A stretch of 64,000 bases of DNA from Eledone cirrhosa. Lineage: Eukaryota. Below, in pieces: positions 38,793 to 51,042 of this stretch (its first letter is position 1; each line of letters opens with the position of its first letter). A model generated the notes under the pieces. That model ran no database searches and was not told the origin of the DNA. It was given only the letters and a program-made list of their open reading frames with translations. Both the position numbers and the translations under genes were made by a program. Location: contig OZ024750.1 in the NCBI GenBank assembly GCA_964016885.1, positions 18,290,001 through 18,354,000 of the forward strand, read 5' to 3'.

Positions 38793-39705
38793 TAATTGTT
38801 TCTTATATAGGCGCAAGGCCAGCAATTTTGGCAGAGGGGAAAGTCAATTAAATCTACCCCAGTGCGTGACTGGTACTTTATTTTATCGACCCCTTAAGGA
38901 TGAAAGGCAAATTTAACCTTGGCGAGATTTGAACTCAGGTCGCAAAGGCCCGTAACCCTATGCTGCAAAGCATGGTGTCCGACCTTCTAATGATACTGCC
39001 AATCCACTGCCCTAATAATTGTTTCTACTTTTGGCACAAGGCCAGCAATTACCCAGTGCGTTACTGGTACTTTATTTTGTCAACCCCGTAATAATGATTT
39101 CTACTTTAGGCACAAGACCAACATTTTTGAAGAGGGGCAAGTCGATTAAATCGACCCCCAGTGTGTTACTGGTACTTTATTTTATCGACCCCGTAAGGAT
39201 GAAAGGCAAAGTTAACCTCGGCAGGATTGGAACTCAGACCGTAAAGGGGCGTAACTCTATGCTGCAAAACATGGTGTCCGACCCTCTACTGATACTGCCA
39301 ATCCACCGCCCTGATGATGAGAATGATAATGATGATGATGATGATGATGATGATAATTGTTTCTACTTTAGACACAAGGCCAACAATTATCTCAGTACAT
39401 TACTGGTACTTTATTTTATCTACCCCGAAAGGATGAAAGGCAAAGTTAATAATAATTGTTTCTACTTTAGACACAAGGCCAACAATTATCCCAGTACATT
39501 ACTGGTACTTTATTTTATCTACCCCGAAAGGATGAAAGGCAAAGTTAATAATAATTGTTTCTACTTTAGACACAAGGCCAACAATTATCTCAGTACATTA
39601 CTGGTACTTTATTTTATCGACCCCGAAAGGATGAAAGGCAAAGTTAACCTTGGCAGGATTAAAGAGCCATAACTCTATGCCGCTAAGCATGTTGTCTGAT
39701 GCTCT
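38793..39705 (-). mobile_element. Cluster of SINE family A copies, including a 99-bp tandem triplication (39355-39660)
   Basis: At least two full copies and several partial copies, all in the same orientation. Confidence 0.85.
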
Positions 39706-39844
39706 AATAATAATGATTTCATTTATTGGCCACAAGGGTAGAATTATGTGAAGAAAGGGTGTGACAGAGTTATGTTACAAAATAGGAGAAAGGGGAGTGA
39801 GAAACAGATGGGGATTACAGAATGGGGGGAGGGCAGAGGTAAAA

Positions 39845-42800
39845 GTATGTGTGTGTAGGAGTGGGTGTGTATGTGGGTGAAGAAGTGAATGTGTGTGAGT
39901 ATGTGTGAATGTATGTGAATGTATTTGAATGTGTGTGTGTGCAAATGTGTATGTGTGTGTGTGTGAGTGTGTGCATTTGTGTATGTTTGAATGGGTGAGT
40001 GTATGTGAATGTGTATGTATCTGTATGAATGTCTGTATGTGCATTTGTGTATGTGTGTGCAAGTATGTGTATGAATGTATTTGAATATGTATGTGTGTGC
40101 AAATACGTGTGTGTGTGTGTGTGTGTGTGTATGCAAGTATATGTGTGAGTGTATTTGAATGTGTATGTATCCGTATGAATGTGGGTGTGCATTTGTATAT
40201 GTTTGATTCAAATGTATGTGTGTATATGTGTATCTGTGTGAATGTCTGTGTGTATATCTGTGTGTATATCTGTGTGTATATCTGTGTGTATCTGTGTGTA
40301 TCTGTGGGTATATCTGTGTATATCTGTGTGTGTATATCTGTATGTCTGTGTGTATATATGTGTGTATATCTCTGTGTGTATCTGTGTGTATCTGTGTGTA
40401 TATCTGTGTGTATATGTGTGTATATGTGTGTGTATATCTGTGTGTATATCTGTGTGTGTATCTGTGTGTGTGTATCTGTGTGTATATCTGTGTGTATATC
40501 TGTGTGTATCTGTGTGTATATCTGTGTGTGTATATCTGTGTGTGTATATGTGTGTATATGTGTGTGTATATCTGTGTGTATATATGTGTGTATATATGTG
40601 TATATATGTGTGTATATCTGTGTGTATATATGTGTGTGTATATATGTGTGTATATCTGTGTGTATATATGTGTGTATATCTGTGTGTATATATGTGTGTG
40701 TATATCTGTGTGTATATATGTGTGTATATATGTGTGTATATATGTGTGTATATATGTGTGTATATGTGTGTGTATGAATATGTATGTGTAACCTTTTGAT
40801 TGTAACTGCATCAGTACCATCATCTAGAACAAATGTTAGATGATGATGACGATGATGATGATGATACTTATAATGAAGAATATGTTGATGTGATGGCATC
40901 AGAACTTGTCACCAAATATGACAGTAGTGGTGCTAGTACCAATGGTAGTAACGAATCGCATGTGTTAGTCTGTTGGTCTCTGTGTGATGTCACATACGTT
41001 GTTGTAGTGGTGGTGGTAGTAGTAGTGGTGGTGGTAGTGGTGGTGGTGGTGGTGGTGGTAGTAGTAGTAGCAGCAGTGGTGGTAGTAGTAGTATTGGTAG
41101 TGGTGGTAGCAGTGGTGGTGGTAGTAGTAGTAGCAGTAGTGGTAGTAGTAGTAGTAGTAGTATTATTGGTGATGGTAGTGGTAGTAGTAGTAGTAAGAAG
41201 TCACATGTGTTAGTAGGCTGGTTTCCATGTGATGTTACAGATGTAGTAAGTAATAGTTGTAGTAGTAGTAGCAGCACCACCGGTAATAGTAGTGGAGGTA
41301 GTGGTGGTAGTGGTGATGGTTGTGGTAGTGGTGGTGATAGTAACCAATCACATGTGCTAGTATGTTGGTTTCCATGTGATGTCACACATGTAGACAATTG
41401 GCGCAATGCAATTCTGCCAACTGCACACACATACATAAACACACACACACACACACACACACAGACAGACACTCACACACACAAACACATTCTCATACAC
41501 ACAAACAAACACAAACATAAACCACACACACACACAAACACATAAGCACACACACAAACACTCAAACGCACACACACACATACATACGTACACACACACA
41601 CACACTCATACGCACACACACACATACATAAACACACACACACACATAGATACACAAACACAAACATTCACACACACACACACCCACAGATACACAAACA
41701 CCCACACACACACACACATACATACAGACACACAAACACCCACAGACACACACACACACACATACAGACACACAAACACACACACAGTAGCAATGAGTAG
41801 TTCCAACTAAGATCAGGTGAACTTGTTGTTGTTGCTGTTGTTATTGTAGTCTGATATACAATGTACACAGCAACAATGCACCAACATAGCTGCACCATAA
41901 CACCATTGCAGTTGCATCACATTAATAGTTCTTACAGCAACTTTAAATCACTTGACCAATTAGTGAGCTTACTACTACTACTACTACTACGACCACCAAC
42001 ACCACCGTCACCCCTACTACTACTACTACTACTAGGCCCACTATCCCCACTATCATTACTACTACCACTGTCATCACTATCATTACTACCACCACCACAA
42101 CCACCACCACTACTATTGCCTCAACCACTGTCACTACCATGGTCATCACCACCACTACTACCACCACTACAACTACCATTGCTACAACCATGATCATCAC
42201 CACCAGCACTACCACTACTACTACTACCACCACCACCACCACCACCACTACAACAACTACCTCCACCACTGCTACACTACCATGATCATCACCACCACCA
42301 CTACCTCTACCACTACTACCACCACCAGCACTACCACTACTACTACCACCACTACCACCACCACTGCCACACTACCATGATCATCATCACCAGCACTACC
42401 ACTACCTCTACCACCACCACCACCACCACAACTACCACAACCGTGATCATCACCACCAGCACTACCACTACTACCACCACCACCACCACTACCACCATTA
42501 CCACTACAACCACCACTGCCACACTACCATGATCATCATCACCAGCACTACCACTACCTCTACCACCACCACCACAACTACCACAACCATGATCATCACC
42601 ACCAGCACTACCACCACCACCACCACCACTACCACCATTACCACTACAACCACCACTGCCACACTACCATGATCATCATCACCAGCACTACCACTACCTC
42701 TACCACCACCACCACAACTACCACAACCATGATCATCACCACCAGCACTACCACTACTACCACCACCACCACCACCATTACCACTACAACCACCACTGCC

Positions 42801-43255
42801 ACACTACCATGATCATCATCACCAGCACTACCACTACCTCTACCACCACTACCACTACCACCACTACCACTACCACACTACCATTACTACCACCACCACC
42901 ACCACTACCACTACCACACTACCATGATCATCACCACCAGCACTACCACTACTACCACCACCACCATTACCACTACAACACCACTGCCACACTACCATGA
43001 TCATCATCACCAGCACTACCACTACCTCTACCACCACTACAACTACCACCACTACCACTACCACACTACCATTACTACCACCACCACCACTACCACTACC
43101 ACACTACCATGATCATCACCACCAGCACTACCACTACTACCACCACCACCACCACTACCACCATTACCACTACAACCACCACTGCCACACTACCATGATC
43201 ATCACCACCAGCACTACCACTACTACTACCTCTACCACTACCACTACTACTACCA
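39845..43255. repeat. Compound microsatellite block: (TG/TA) 39845-40790, (GTA/GTG) 41000-41340, (CA) 41425-41785, (CAC/TAC) 41970-43255
   Basis: Directly visible. Confidence 0.95.
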
Positions 43256-43390
43256 TCGGAACCATCTCAGCAACAACTCCAAGATCATCACATGGATAAA
43301 TGAAAAAAAAGTCTTTAACCCATTTGAAACCAACTTGTCAAAAACCATTTCTGGTTCTATGAACAAAACCATCTATTTTAAAGAATTCTT

Positions 43391-44198
43391 ATCATCATCA
43401 TCATCATCATCATTTTACGTCCGCTTTTCCCTGCTTGCAAGGGTGGGACGGGTCTTATTCAGCACAGCATCTCTCCACTCGTCACGGTCCCTCGTGAGCT
43501 TCAATGATCTGAGGTCTGTTCTCACCACCTCCGCCCATGTTTTTCGTGGTCTACCTCTACTACGTCTTCCTTCAACTGGCATTTCCTGGCACTTCTTCAC
43601 CCATCGGTCATCCTCCATGCGCATCACAAGTCCATACCACCTCAGTCTCCTCTCCCGTACACTACATTCTATCCCTCTCAGACACAGTTTCTCTCTCAAC
43701 ACATTTATGCTGGGTCGTTCACGCACATTTACACTGCACATCCAACGGAGCATGCTTGCCTCATTTCTCTCCAGCCGTCGCATATCTTCTGCGGTAGCTG
43801 CCCATGTCTCACTACCATGCAGCATCGCGCTCCTCACACAGGCATCATACAACCGGCCTTTCGTACGCAGGGAGAAACCCTTCTTCGTCAACAGAGGAAG
43901 CAGCTCCCTAAACTTCTTCCAACCCGTCCTTATTCTAGATACTATGGCCTCGGAACACCCTCCTCCCATGCTAATCTGATCTCCTAGGTACCGGAAGCTA
44001 TCCACCACTTCTATAGCGCCCTCTCGCATTTGAAAAGTGTGTCTATCAGTGCGACTTCTACTGTCTAATTTCCCTGTACATCTACTGCATACATATTTCT
44101 CCCTACCTGTTAGTTTGCCTGCTATCCCGCTACATCTCTTGTGTACCCAGGACCTACATTGTGTGCATTTTATAGAATTTATGCCAGTTCCTTTTCTT
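43391..44198 (-). mobile_element. 5'-truncated RTE-clade LINE (Cys/His finger, post-RT C-terminus, (ATG)n tail)
   Basis: Open frame RKGTGINSIKCTQCRSWVHKRCSG...CSRC...VDSFRYLG...LYDACVRSAMLHGSETW...RLRWYG...GRRSRGRPRKTW...DRDEWR. Stop followed by (atg)n. Possible target-site duplication ttcttatc. Confidence 0.9.
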
Positions 44199-44352
44199 AT
44201 CTAAATTAAAATCTTCAAATATAGTTTCATATAATTACCAGCTGTTAAGTTACTATCTTAATGAAATGATTAATTATTTTCTCAAATCCCTCAAAATTAT
44301 TAATTAATTAATCAAAATATAGAGCATTTCATTAGAAATACAATCATGAAAT

Positions 44353-44520
44353 TTGGCACAAGGCCAGCAATTACCCCAGTACATTACTGGTACTTTATTT
44401 TATCGACTCCGTAAGAATGAAAGGCAAAGTTAACTTCGGTGTGTTTTGAACTCAGAACGTAAAGGGCCGTAACTCTATGCTGCAAAGCATGGCGTCCGAC
44501 CCTCTACCGATACTGCCAAT
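44353..44520 (-). mobile_element. SINE family A
   Basis: Matches consensus; flanking duplication atcatgaaat. Confidence 0.8.
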
Positions 44521-44882
44521 ACGATCATGAAATAATGACTCAGAGAATCTTAAGTTCCATATCTTCCTCCACATGTCTGAAATATAGTATATAGTATGAT
44601 TTACTATGAGTGTTATCTTGAAAGGTAGCATTATAGTATATACTAAGGTGGTGAATTGTCAGAGCTGTTAGAGTGTCGGATTAAATGCCTCGCAATTTAT
44701 TCCAACCCTCTGCACTTTGGTATCTGTTCCAGCTTTGTGAAATTTGTGATCAAATCTCACCTGTTGTCACTGGAAAATAAGTGACATTTCTGGTACAAGT
44801 CACAACCAGCAGATAGTATACCACTTCCCCAGCAGGTTGGCCTCGGTGAGAAGTAACTGGCCTCGGTGAGAAGTAACTGGTC

Positions 44883-45587
44883 TTAACCCTTTAATGTTCA
44901 AACCGGCCAAAACCGGCCAGAATTCTCTACCTCTTTCTGTTGTAACTGGTCGCTCAAACTGATGTTAAGGTATTGTTCTCAAAATAAATACTTTCAAAAT
45001 ATCATAGATTTGATATTATGTGAGATAATTATGTGAGGTAAAGCCTTTACCATGAAAATATAATAGTATATATAAAATAATGTGAATGCTAAAGGGTTAA
45101 AGACCAGCAGAGAGCATATGCCTTCCACAACAGGCTGGCCTCTTGTGAGAAGTAACTGACCTTAACCTATTAGCATTTAAACAGGCCGTATCTGGCCAGA
45201 ATTCTCTCACCTCTTTCTGCTCAAACTGGCTGTAACTGGTCGCTCAAACTGATGTTAAGGTATTGTTCTCAAAATAAATAACATTAGCATCTCGTAGATT
45301 TAATATCATGTGAGATAATTATGTAAAATAAAGTCTTTACCACAAAAATATAATTGTTTCTACTTTTGGCACAAGGCCAGTAATTACCCAGTGCGTTACT
45401 GGTACTTTATTTTATCGACCTCGTAAGGATGAAAGGCAAAGTTTACCTCGGTGGGATTTGAACTCAGACGATAAAGGACTGTAACTCTATGCTGCAAAGC
45501 ATGGTGTCCAACTCTCTACCGATACTGCCAATCTAACAACAAAAATATAATAGTATATATACAGTAATGTAAATGCTAAATGGTTAA
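44883..45587 (+). mobile_element. Two MITE family A copies (44883-45100 and 45162-45587)
   Basis: Each is bounded by TTAA and terminal inverted repeats; they are separated by one unit of a degenerate minisatellite. Confidence 0.85.
45352..45538 (-). mobile_element. SINE family A inserted inside a piggyBac-type MITE
   Basis: 13-bp target-site duplication acaaaaatataat at 45342-45354 and 45539-45551. Confidence 0.85.
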
Positions 45588-46137
45588 AGACCAGCAGATA
45601 GCATATGCCTTCCACAGCAGGCTGACCTCTTGTAGGCAAGTAAATAGACCAAAAGATAATATAGCCCAGCTTCTCATGCAAATAACTGGCTTTAAATACC
45701 AGTAGATAGACCCTTCCCCAGTAGACTGAACATACGTGGGAAGGAATTAGCCTAAATTGCTGATAGATAATATACTCCCAGCCTCTTGTGGGAAGTAACA
45801 GGTCTAAAAGACTGACAGTTGGTATATCCTTTCTCCAGCAGATTGGCTTCTAGTAAGAACTGGCCTAAAAAAAAAACAGCTGATAGTATACCTCTTCCAC
45901 AGGAGACAGGCCTCTTACAGGAAGTAATAGGCCTAAAAGACCAACCAATAGCAGTAAGAATTGGCCTAAAAAACAGCAGATAGTATACCTCTTCCACAGG
46001 AGACAGGCCTAGAAGACCAACCAATAGCAGACTGATCTCTTGTGGAAAGTAATTAGCCTAGAAACGCAATTATAAACATTCTCAAATATCAACTGAAATA
46101 TGTTGATGGTGTTTTATATTCTGTTGTAAATGGAAAT

Positions 46138-46303
46138 AACTGTTTCTACTTTAGGCACAAGGCCAGCAATTACCCAGTGCATTACTGGTACTTTATTTTA
46201 TCGACCCCGTAAGGATGAAAGGCAAAGTCAACCTCGGCGGGATTTGAACTCAGATCGTAAAGGGACGTAACTATGCTGGAAAGCATGGCGTCTGACCCTC
46301 TAC
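46138..46303 (-). mobile_element. SINE family A
   Basis: Matches consensus. Confidence 0.8.
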
Positions 46304-46399
46304 AATTAGAAGAATGTTATAACAATGTTATAGTGAACTTTAAAGAATACCATGACAGTGGTTCATAATGTATTATAAATATATACATATGTATATATG

Positions 46400-46815
46400 A
46401 GTCCCGGGTTCAATTGGCGGTAACCACAGTAAGTAAGGTACTAAATACATTAGTTGAGCGTATACAATAAATTTAATATAGAAATGGCTTCTAGAGGACT
46501 AGAATCGTTTCAATCAGAGGGAATCATCATTCCCTTCAATGAAACAGTCCTAGTCCTGTAGAAGTAATTTCTATATAAAATAATTGTTTCTACTTTTGGC
46601 ACAAGACCAGCAATTACCCAGTGTGTTACTCTTACTTTATTTTATTGACCCCGTAAGGATGAAAGGCAAAGTTAACCTCGGCGGGATTTGAACTCAGAAT
46701 GGCAAGGGCCGTAACTCAATGCGTCAAAGCATGGCGTCCGACCCTATAATGTACCAATGTATTGAATACCTTTTTAAACTGTGGTTACCCCCCTTGAGAC
46801 AACTCAGTAATCTAC
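46400..46815. mobile_element. Fold-back element in (TA)n interrupted by a SINE (about 46582-46746)
   Basis: Inverted arms: ggtaaccacagt...ggtact.aatacatt / aatgtattgaatacc...actgtggttacc, and cttcta.aggactag / ctagtcctgtagaag. Homologous to 57550-57726. Confidence 0.7.
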
Positions 46816-47378
46816 ATCATATATATATATATACACAAAAAGCACCCAGTACTCACTGTAATTGAGGTTGGCATTAGGAAGGGCATTAAGCTGTAGAAAC
46901 CAAGCCAAAATCAGTTTTATATGTGCAAGACAAGGTCACCTGACCTAGCATTGCCCACAGCAGGACAACTCTTTTAAGTGTGGGAAAATGCACATAAAAC
47001 GGTGATGATGATGATTATATATATATATATATACTTACTAGTAGGGAAAATGGATATTAAATGATGATGATGATGATATATATTATGACAGTGTTCCAGT
47101 CAACATAAAAAAACCATACCGTCTGTTCTACACCATAAATAAGAATCACAACAGCTGCTAGCACATCCTACATTTGGCACCAAACCAGCTATATATTCTA
47201 TATTCTGTAACTTCTATATTGGCACCAGAACAGATGCATTTCAAGTAGCAGTACTGCACCAATGCCTGGTCTCATAGCAGCAAGTTAACTCAGTATAACC
47301 AATAGCTACATAATTGTTACTAGGTAACTATGTCTAGAGTGCAGAAAATATAACATATTCTACAACAGCAACAAGCAT

Positions 47379-47670
47379 TTTAACCCTTTCAACCCCTTCG
47401 TGATGATCATTTTAACCCATTCGTGATGGTCATTTTGACCTTTTTGTGATGATCATTTTAGCCCTTTTTGGTGATTATTTTAACCTTTCATGATGATCAT
47501 TTTAGCCCTTTCATGATGGTCATTTTAACCCCTTCGTAATGATCAATTTAACCTTTTCGTGGTGATTATTTTAGCCCTTTCATGAGTCATTTTAACCCTT
47601 TCATGATGACCATTTTAACCCCTTTTTTTTATGATCATTTTAACCCTTTTCTTGATGATTATTTTAACCC
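47379..47670. repeat. Degenerate minisatellite of about 23-24 bp
   Basis: Unit ttttaaccctttcatgatgatca. Confidence 0.85.
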
Positions 47671-48588
47671 TAAAAAAAAACTAAAAAAATGTAGTTACAA
47701 CCAGCAGATAGCATATCACTTCCTTAGCAGGCAGGCCTCTCTTGAGAAGTAATAGATCTTCATGGCATTCTAAAACTTATACTTTAACATGGTATTCTTT
47801 TATGAAATGGTATATCAGAAAATAAAAAAAAATATTGTGTACATATATATTATTTTTATGACCAAATTTAAGGGTTCTTTAAGAGTTTCTCAGTAATATT
47901 TAGAGTTTATATCATGAAATATCAAGTTTAAGGGTTCTTTAAAAGTCTGGAGACAGCACCCAGCGAAAGAACTTCTCCATGGTAATTTACCACCAATGTC
48001 ACATGTCATCAGAGAAAGAAGATTTACTGGACATTGATGGGAAGCAAAGTATGATGTTATCAGCGAGTGGTATTTTTTATCAAGCAAATAAAAGACCAAG
48101 TTGACCTCAGCAGGATTTGAACACAGCCAGACCAAATATCATAGCATTCCATTCAACATCCTAAAGATTCCACCGATTCACTGCCTGATAAGACACGAGA
48201 GAGAAACATATCAAAATAAAGAGATTGAAGGTAGGGGAATGAAAAGGTGAGGAAGAACAGATCAGAAGAAATCAATAAATAAAGATTGGTGATAATCAAT
48301 AACTAATCAGTAATGGCTATTTTACATTAAATGGAAATGGTTCATACCATTCATTGCAGTACATACAGTTACATATATACTCAGTAACCTAAATACATCA
48401 TTGAGAAACAGATGCAGATTGTCTCAAACAACATATGAAACTGCAGCTTGATGATGTTTATCATCCCCATGCAAGTAATTAATATAGCTGGGAGTATTTG
48501 GGGATAAGTTCTGAAGTATGTGATTTGTTGTTGCTGGTTTTTATTTTGTCTATGGTATGTACAGGCTAGGTTAGGTTAAGTTTAACTG

Positions 48589-48797
48589 TTTAACATTTAA
48601 ACTGGCTGTATCGGGCCAGAATTCTCTCACATCTTTCTGCTCAAACTGGCCGTAACTGGTCACTTATACTGACATTAAGGTATTGTTCTCAAAATAAATA
48701 ATATCAAAATCTCGTAGATTCGATATTATGTAAGATAAAGCCTTTACCACAAAAATACAATAGTATATATAGAGTAATGTAAATGCTAAAGGGTTAA
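48589..48797 (+). mobile_element. MITE family A (left end decayed)
   Basis: Internal match and right end taaatgctaaagggttaa. Confidence 0.75.
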
Positions 48798-49245
48798 GTG
48801 TATGGACAGTATCTGCTTGAGTTCATGGATAGGATTGGATTGGAGTCAGTTTGTTTGCATTTATGACAGGAAATTTAGCAGCTATGGTTGGCTAATTTAT
48901 ATAAAGTGAATGAATTATTTATTTTAACCCTTGCATTACCATATTACTAGTGAAATACACTGCGAATGATTTTCAAATACTTTAAAAGTTGGGCAGTTTT
49001 TACAGAGATGACCGCAATAAGTGAGTACTGTGGTTGAGGACCAATCAGCATTTGAGAATTAAGAGATTTTTTTTATGACAGTGGTCCAATTAGAGCATTG
49101 GGTTCAGACAATTATATTGCTGAAGTGAAACTAATGGCATTCAGACATTAATATAGCATACACAAAGAGTTTAGTGGTTTGTAGCAGATAGGGGCATGTC
49201 TTATTATTTCATTAGAGCTGAGTGTATGTATATATACATATATAT

Positions 49246-49408
49246 AAAATTATGGGCGAAAACAGGAAAATAAATAAAATACAGACAGTCCCATCTCATC
49301 AGTTGATTCCTAGAGATACGTTGTTTCAGTACTTTAAGATCGATGAAACTGGCTCTAGTGCACAAGGGACGGTAACAAATGGACTAAAGATGACGATAGT
49401 CTCTCAAC
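49246..49408 (-). mobile_element. Short weakly fold-back insert in (TA)n with hammerhead-like words
   Basis: Flanked by (TA)n. The minus strand has nested gtccc/gggac, ctagag/ctctag and gtttca/tgaaac pairs, and GAAACaacGTA...CTGATGAG. Confidence 0.4.
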
Positions 49409-49423
49409 TATATATATATATAT

Positions 49424-49885
49424 TGTATGATGCCTGTGTGAGGAGCGCGATGCTGCATGGTAGTGAGACATGGGCAGCAACCGCAGAGGATATGCGACGG
49501 CTGGAGAGAAATGAGGCAAGCATGCTCCGTTGGATGTGCAGTGTAAATGTGCGTGAACGACCCAGCATAAATGTGTTGAGAGAGAAACTGTGTCTGAGAG
49601 GGATAGAATGTAGTGTACGGGAGAGGAGACTGAGGTGGTATGGACATGTGATGCGCATGGAGGATGACCGATGGGTGAAGAAGTGCCAGGAAATGCCAGT
49701 TGAAGGAAGACGTAGTAGAGGTAGACCACGAAAAACATGGGCGGAGGTGGTGAGAACAGACCTCAGATCATTGAAGCTCACGGTGGAGATGACGAGGGAC
49801 CGTGACGAGTGGAGAGATGCTGTGCTGAATAAGACCCGTCCCACCCTTGCAAGCAGGGAAAAGCGGACGTAAAATGATGATGATG

Positions 49886-49886
<1 letters not shown>
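49424..49886 (+). mobile_element. Second, shorter copy of the same RTE LINE
   Basis: Near-identical translation (LYDACVRSAMLHGSETW...KTRPTLASREKRT*) and (atg)n tail. It has four residues (TVEM) missing from the 43.4-kb copy. Confidence 0.9.
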
Positions 49887-49970
<84 letters not shown>

Positions 49971-50602
49971 GTGATTGGTAATGAGAAGGGTATCCAACTG
50001 TAGAAAGCTTGCCAAACAAAGGGTTTGCAGGATTCTTCAGGCAGGTATGTCATAGACATAACCTCTCTAGTGCTGGTGCCACAATAAAATGCACTTGGTA
50101 GAATGTTGGATTGTATGTAAGCAAGATGTGAACCCCTGACCCGTCTGGGAAGTCAGTGGCCCCACTTCAGTACTTACTTGGTCTGTGAAGACCTGCCTAA
50201 CTCTTGCTGGCTGTGTGTGTATACAGATAATCATGGTTATTGTGTTAGACTCATGATCATAAGGTCATGGGCTTGATTACTGAACTGGGCAGCATATTAT
50301 ATTCTTGAGCAAGATACTATATTTCAAGCTGCCCCTTCTGCCAGGAGTTCTGACCAGTAGACAATATCAGCAATGGAATTACCAATGGAAACATTGTTTC
50401 CTTGGTCCAAACTAACAACCAGCTCCTTTCTTCTGTCAGCCAGTGCCAGTAATGGCAAGCCAATAAAAACATGGGTTCTTTGGTCCAATCTGACAATCAG
50501 TTCCTTTCTTCTACCAGGAGTTGCAACTGACAGATAGTATCAGCAGCAGAAAAACCAATGGGAACATTCTTTCTTTGATCTCATATGATGACTGGTTCCT
50601 TT

Positions 50603-50690
<88 letters not shown>

Positions 50691-50747
50691 TATAGATATA
50701 GATATATCATCATCATCATTTTACATCCGCTTTTCCCTGCTTGTAAG

Positions 50748-50794
<47 letters not shown>

Positions 50795-51007
50795 TTTTCT
50801 TGTACTTTTCTTTCCCCCTAATTTATGTTATTTTTCTTTATCGTTTCCCACCCCATTGAAAACTCCACCATTCTGTACAAGAGATCAGAAGAAAGGAAAT
50901 TAACCATCACCACCTCCATCATCAAATCCCCAATCTCCATCACCACAGAAATAAAAAGCACACACACAAAATTAGCCATCACCACATATCATCATGACTG
51001 AAGACAG

Positions 51008-51042
<35 letters not shown>

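Larger units (their letters stand above)
44805..46062. repeat. Degenerate minisatellite of about 62 bp, interrupted by MITEs
   Basis: Recurrent accagcagatagtatacc.ttcc.cagcaggctggcctcttgtg.gaagtaactggcct. Another unit at about 47700-47760. Confidence 0.7.

Noticed and set aside
39019-39672. 217-aa ORF with repeated peptides
   Set aside because: Antisense read-through of tandem SINE A copies.
39744-43299. His/Thr- and Cys/Val-rich ORFs up to 374 aa
   Set aside because: Translations of dinucleotide and trinucleotide microsatellites.
49222-49423. N-terminal part of the 216-aa ORF
   Set aside because: Chance fusion of microsatellite and a hairpin insert to the LINE fragment.
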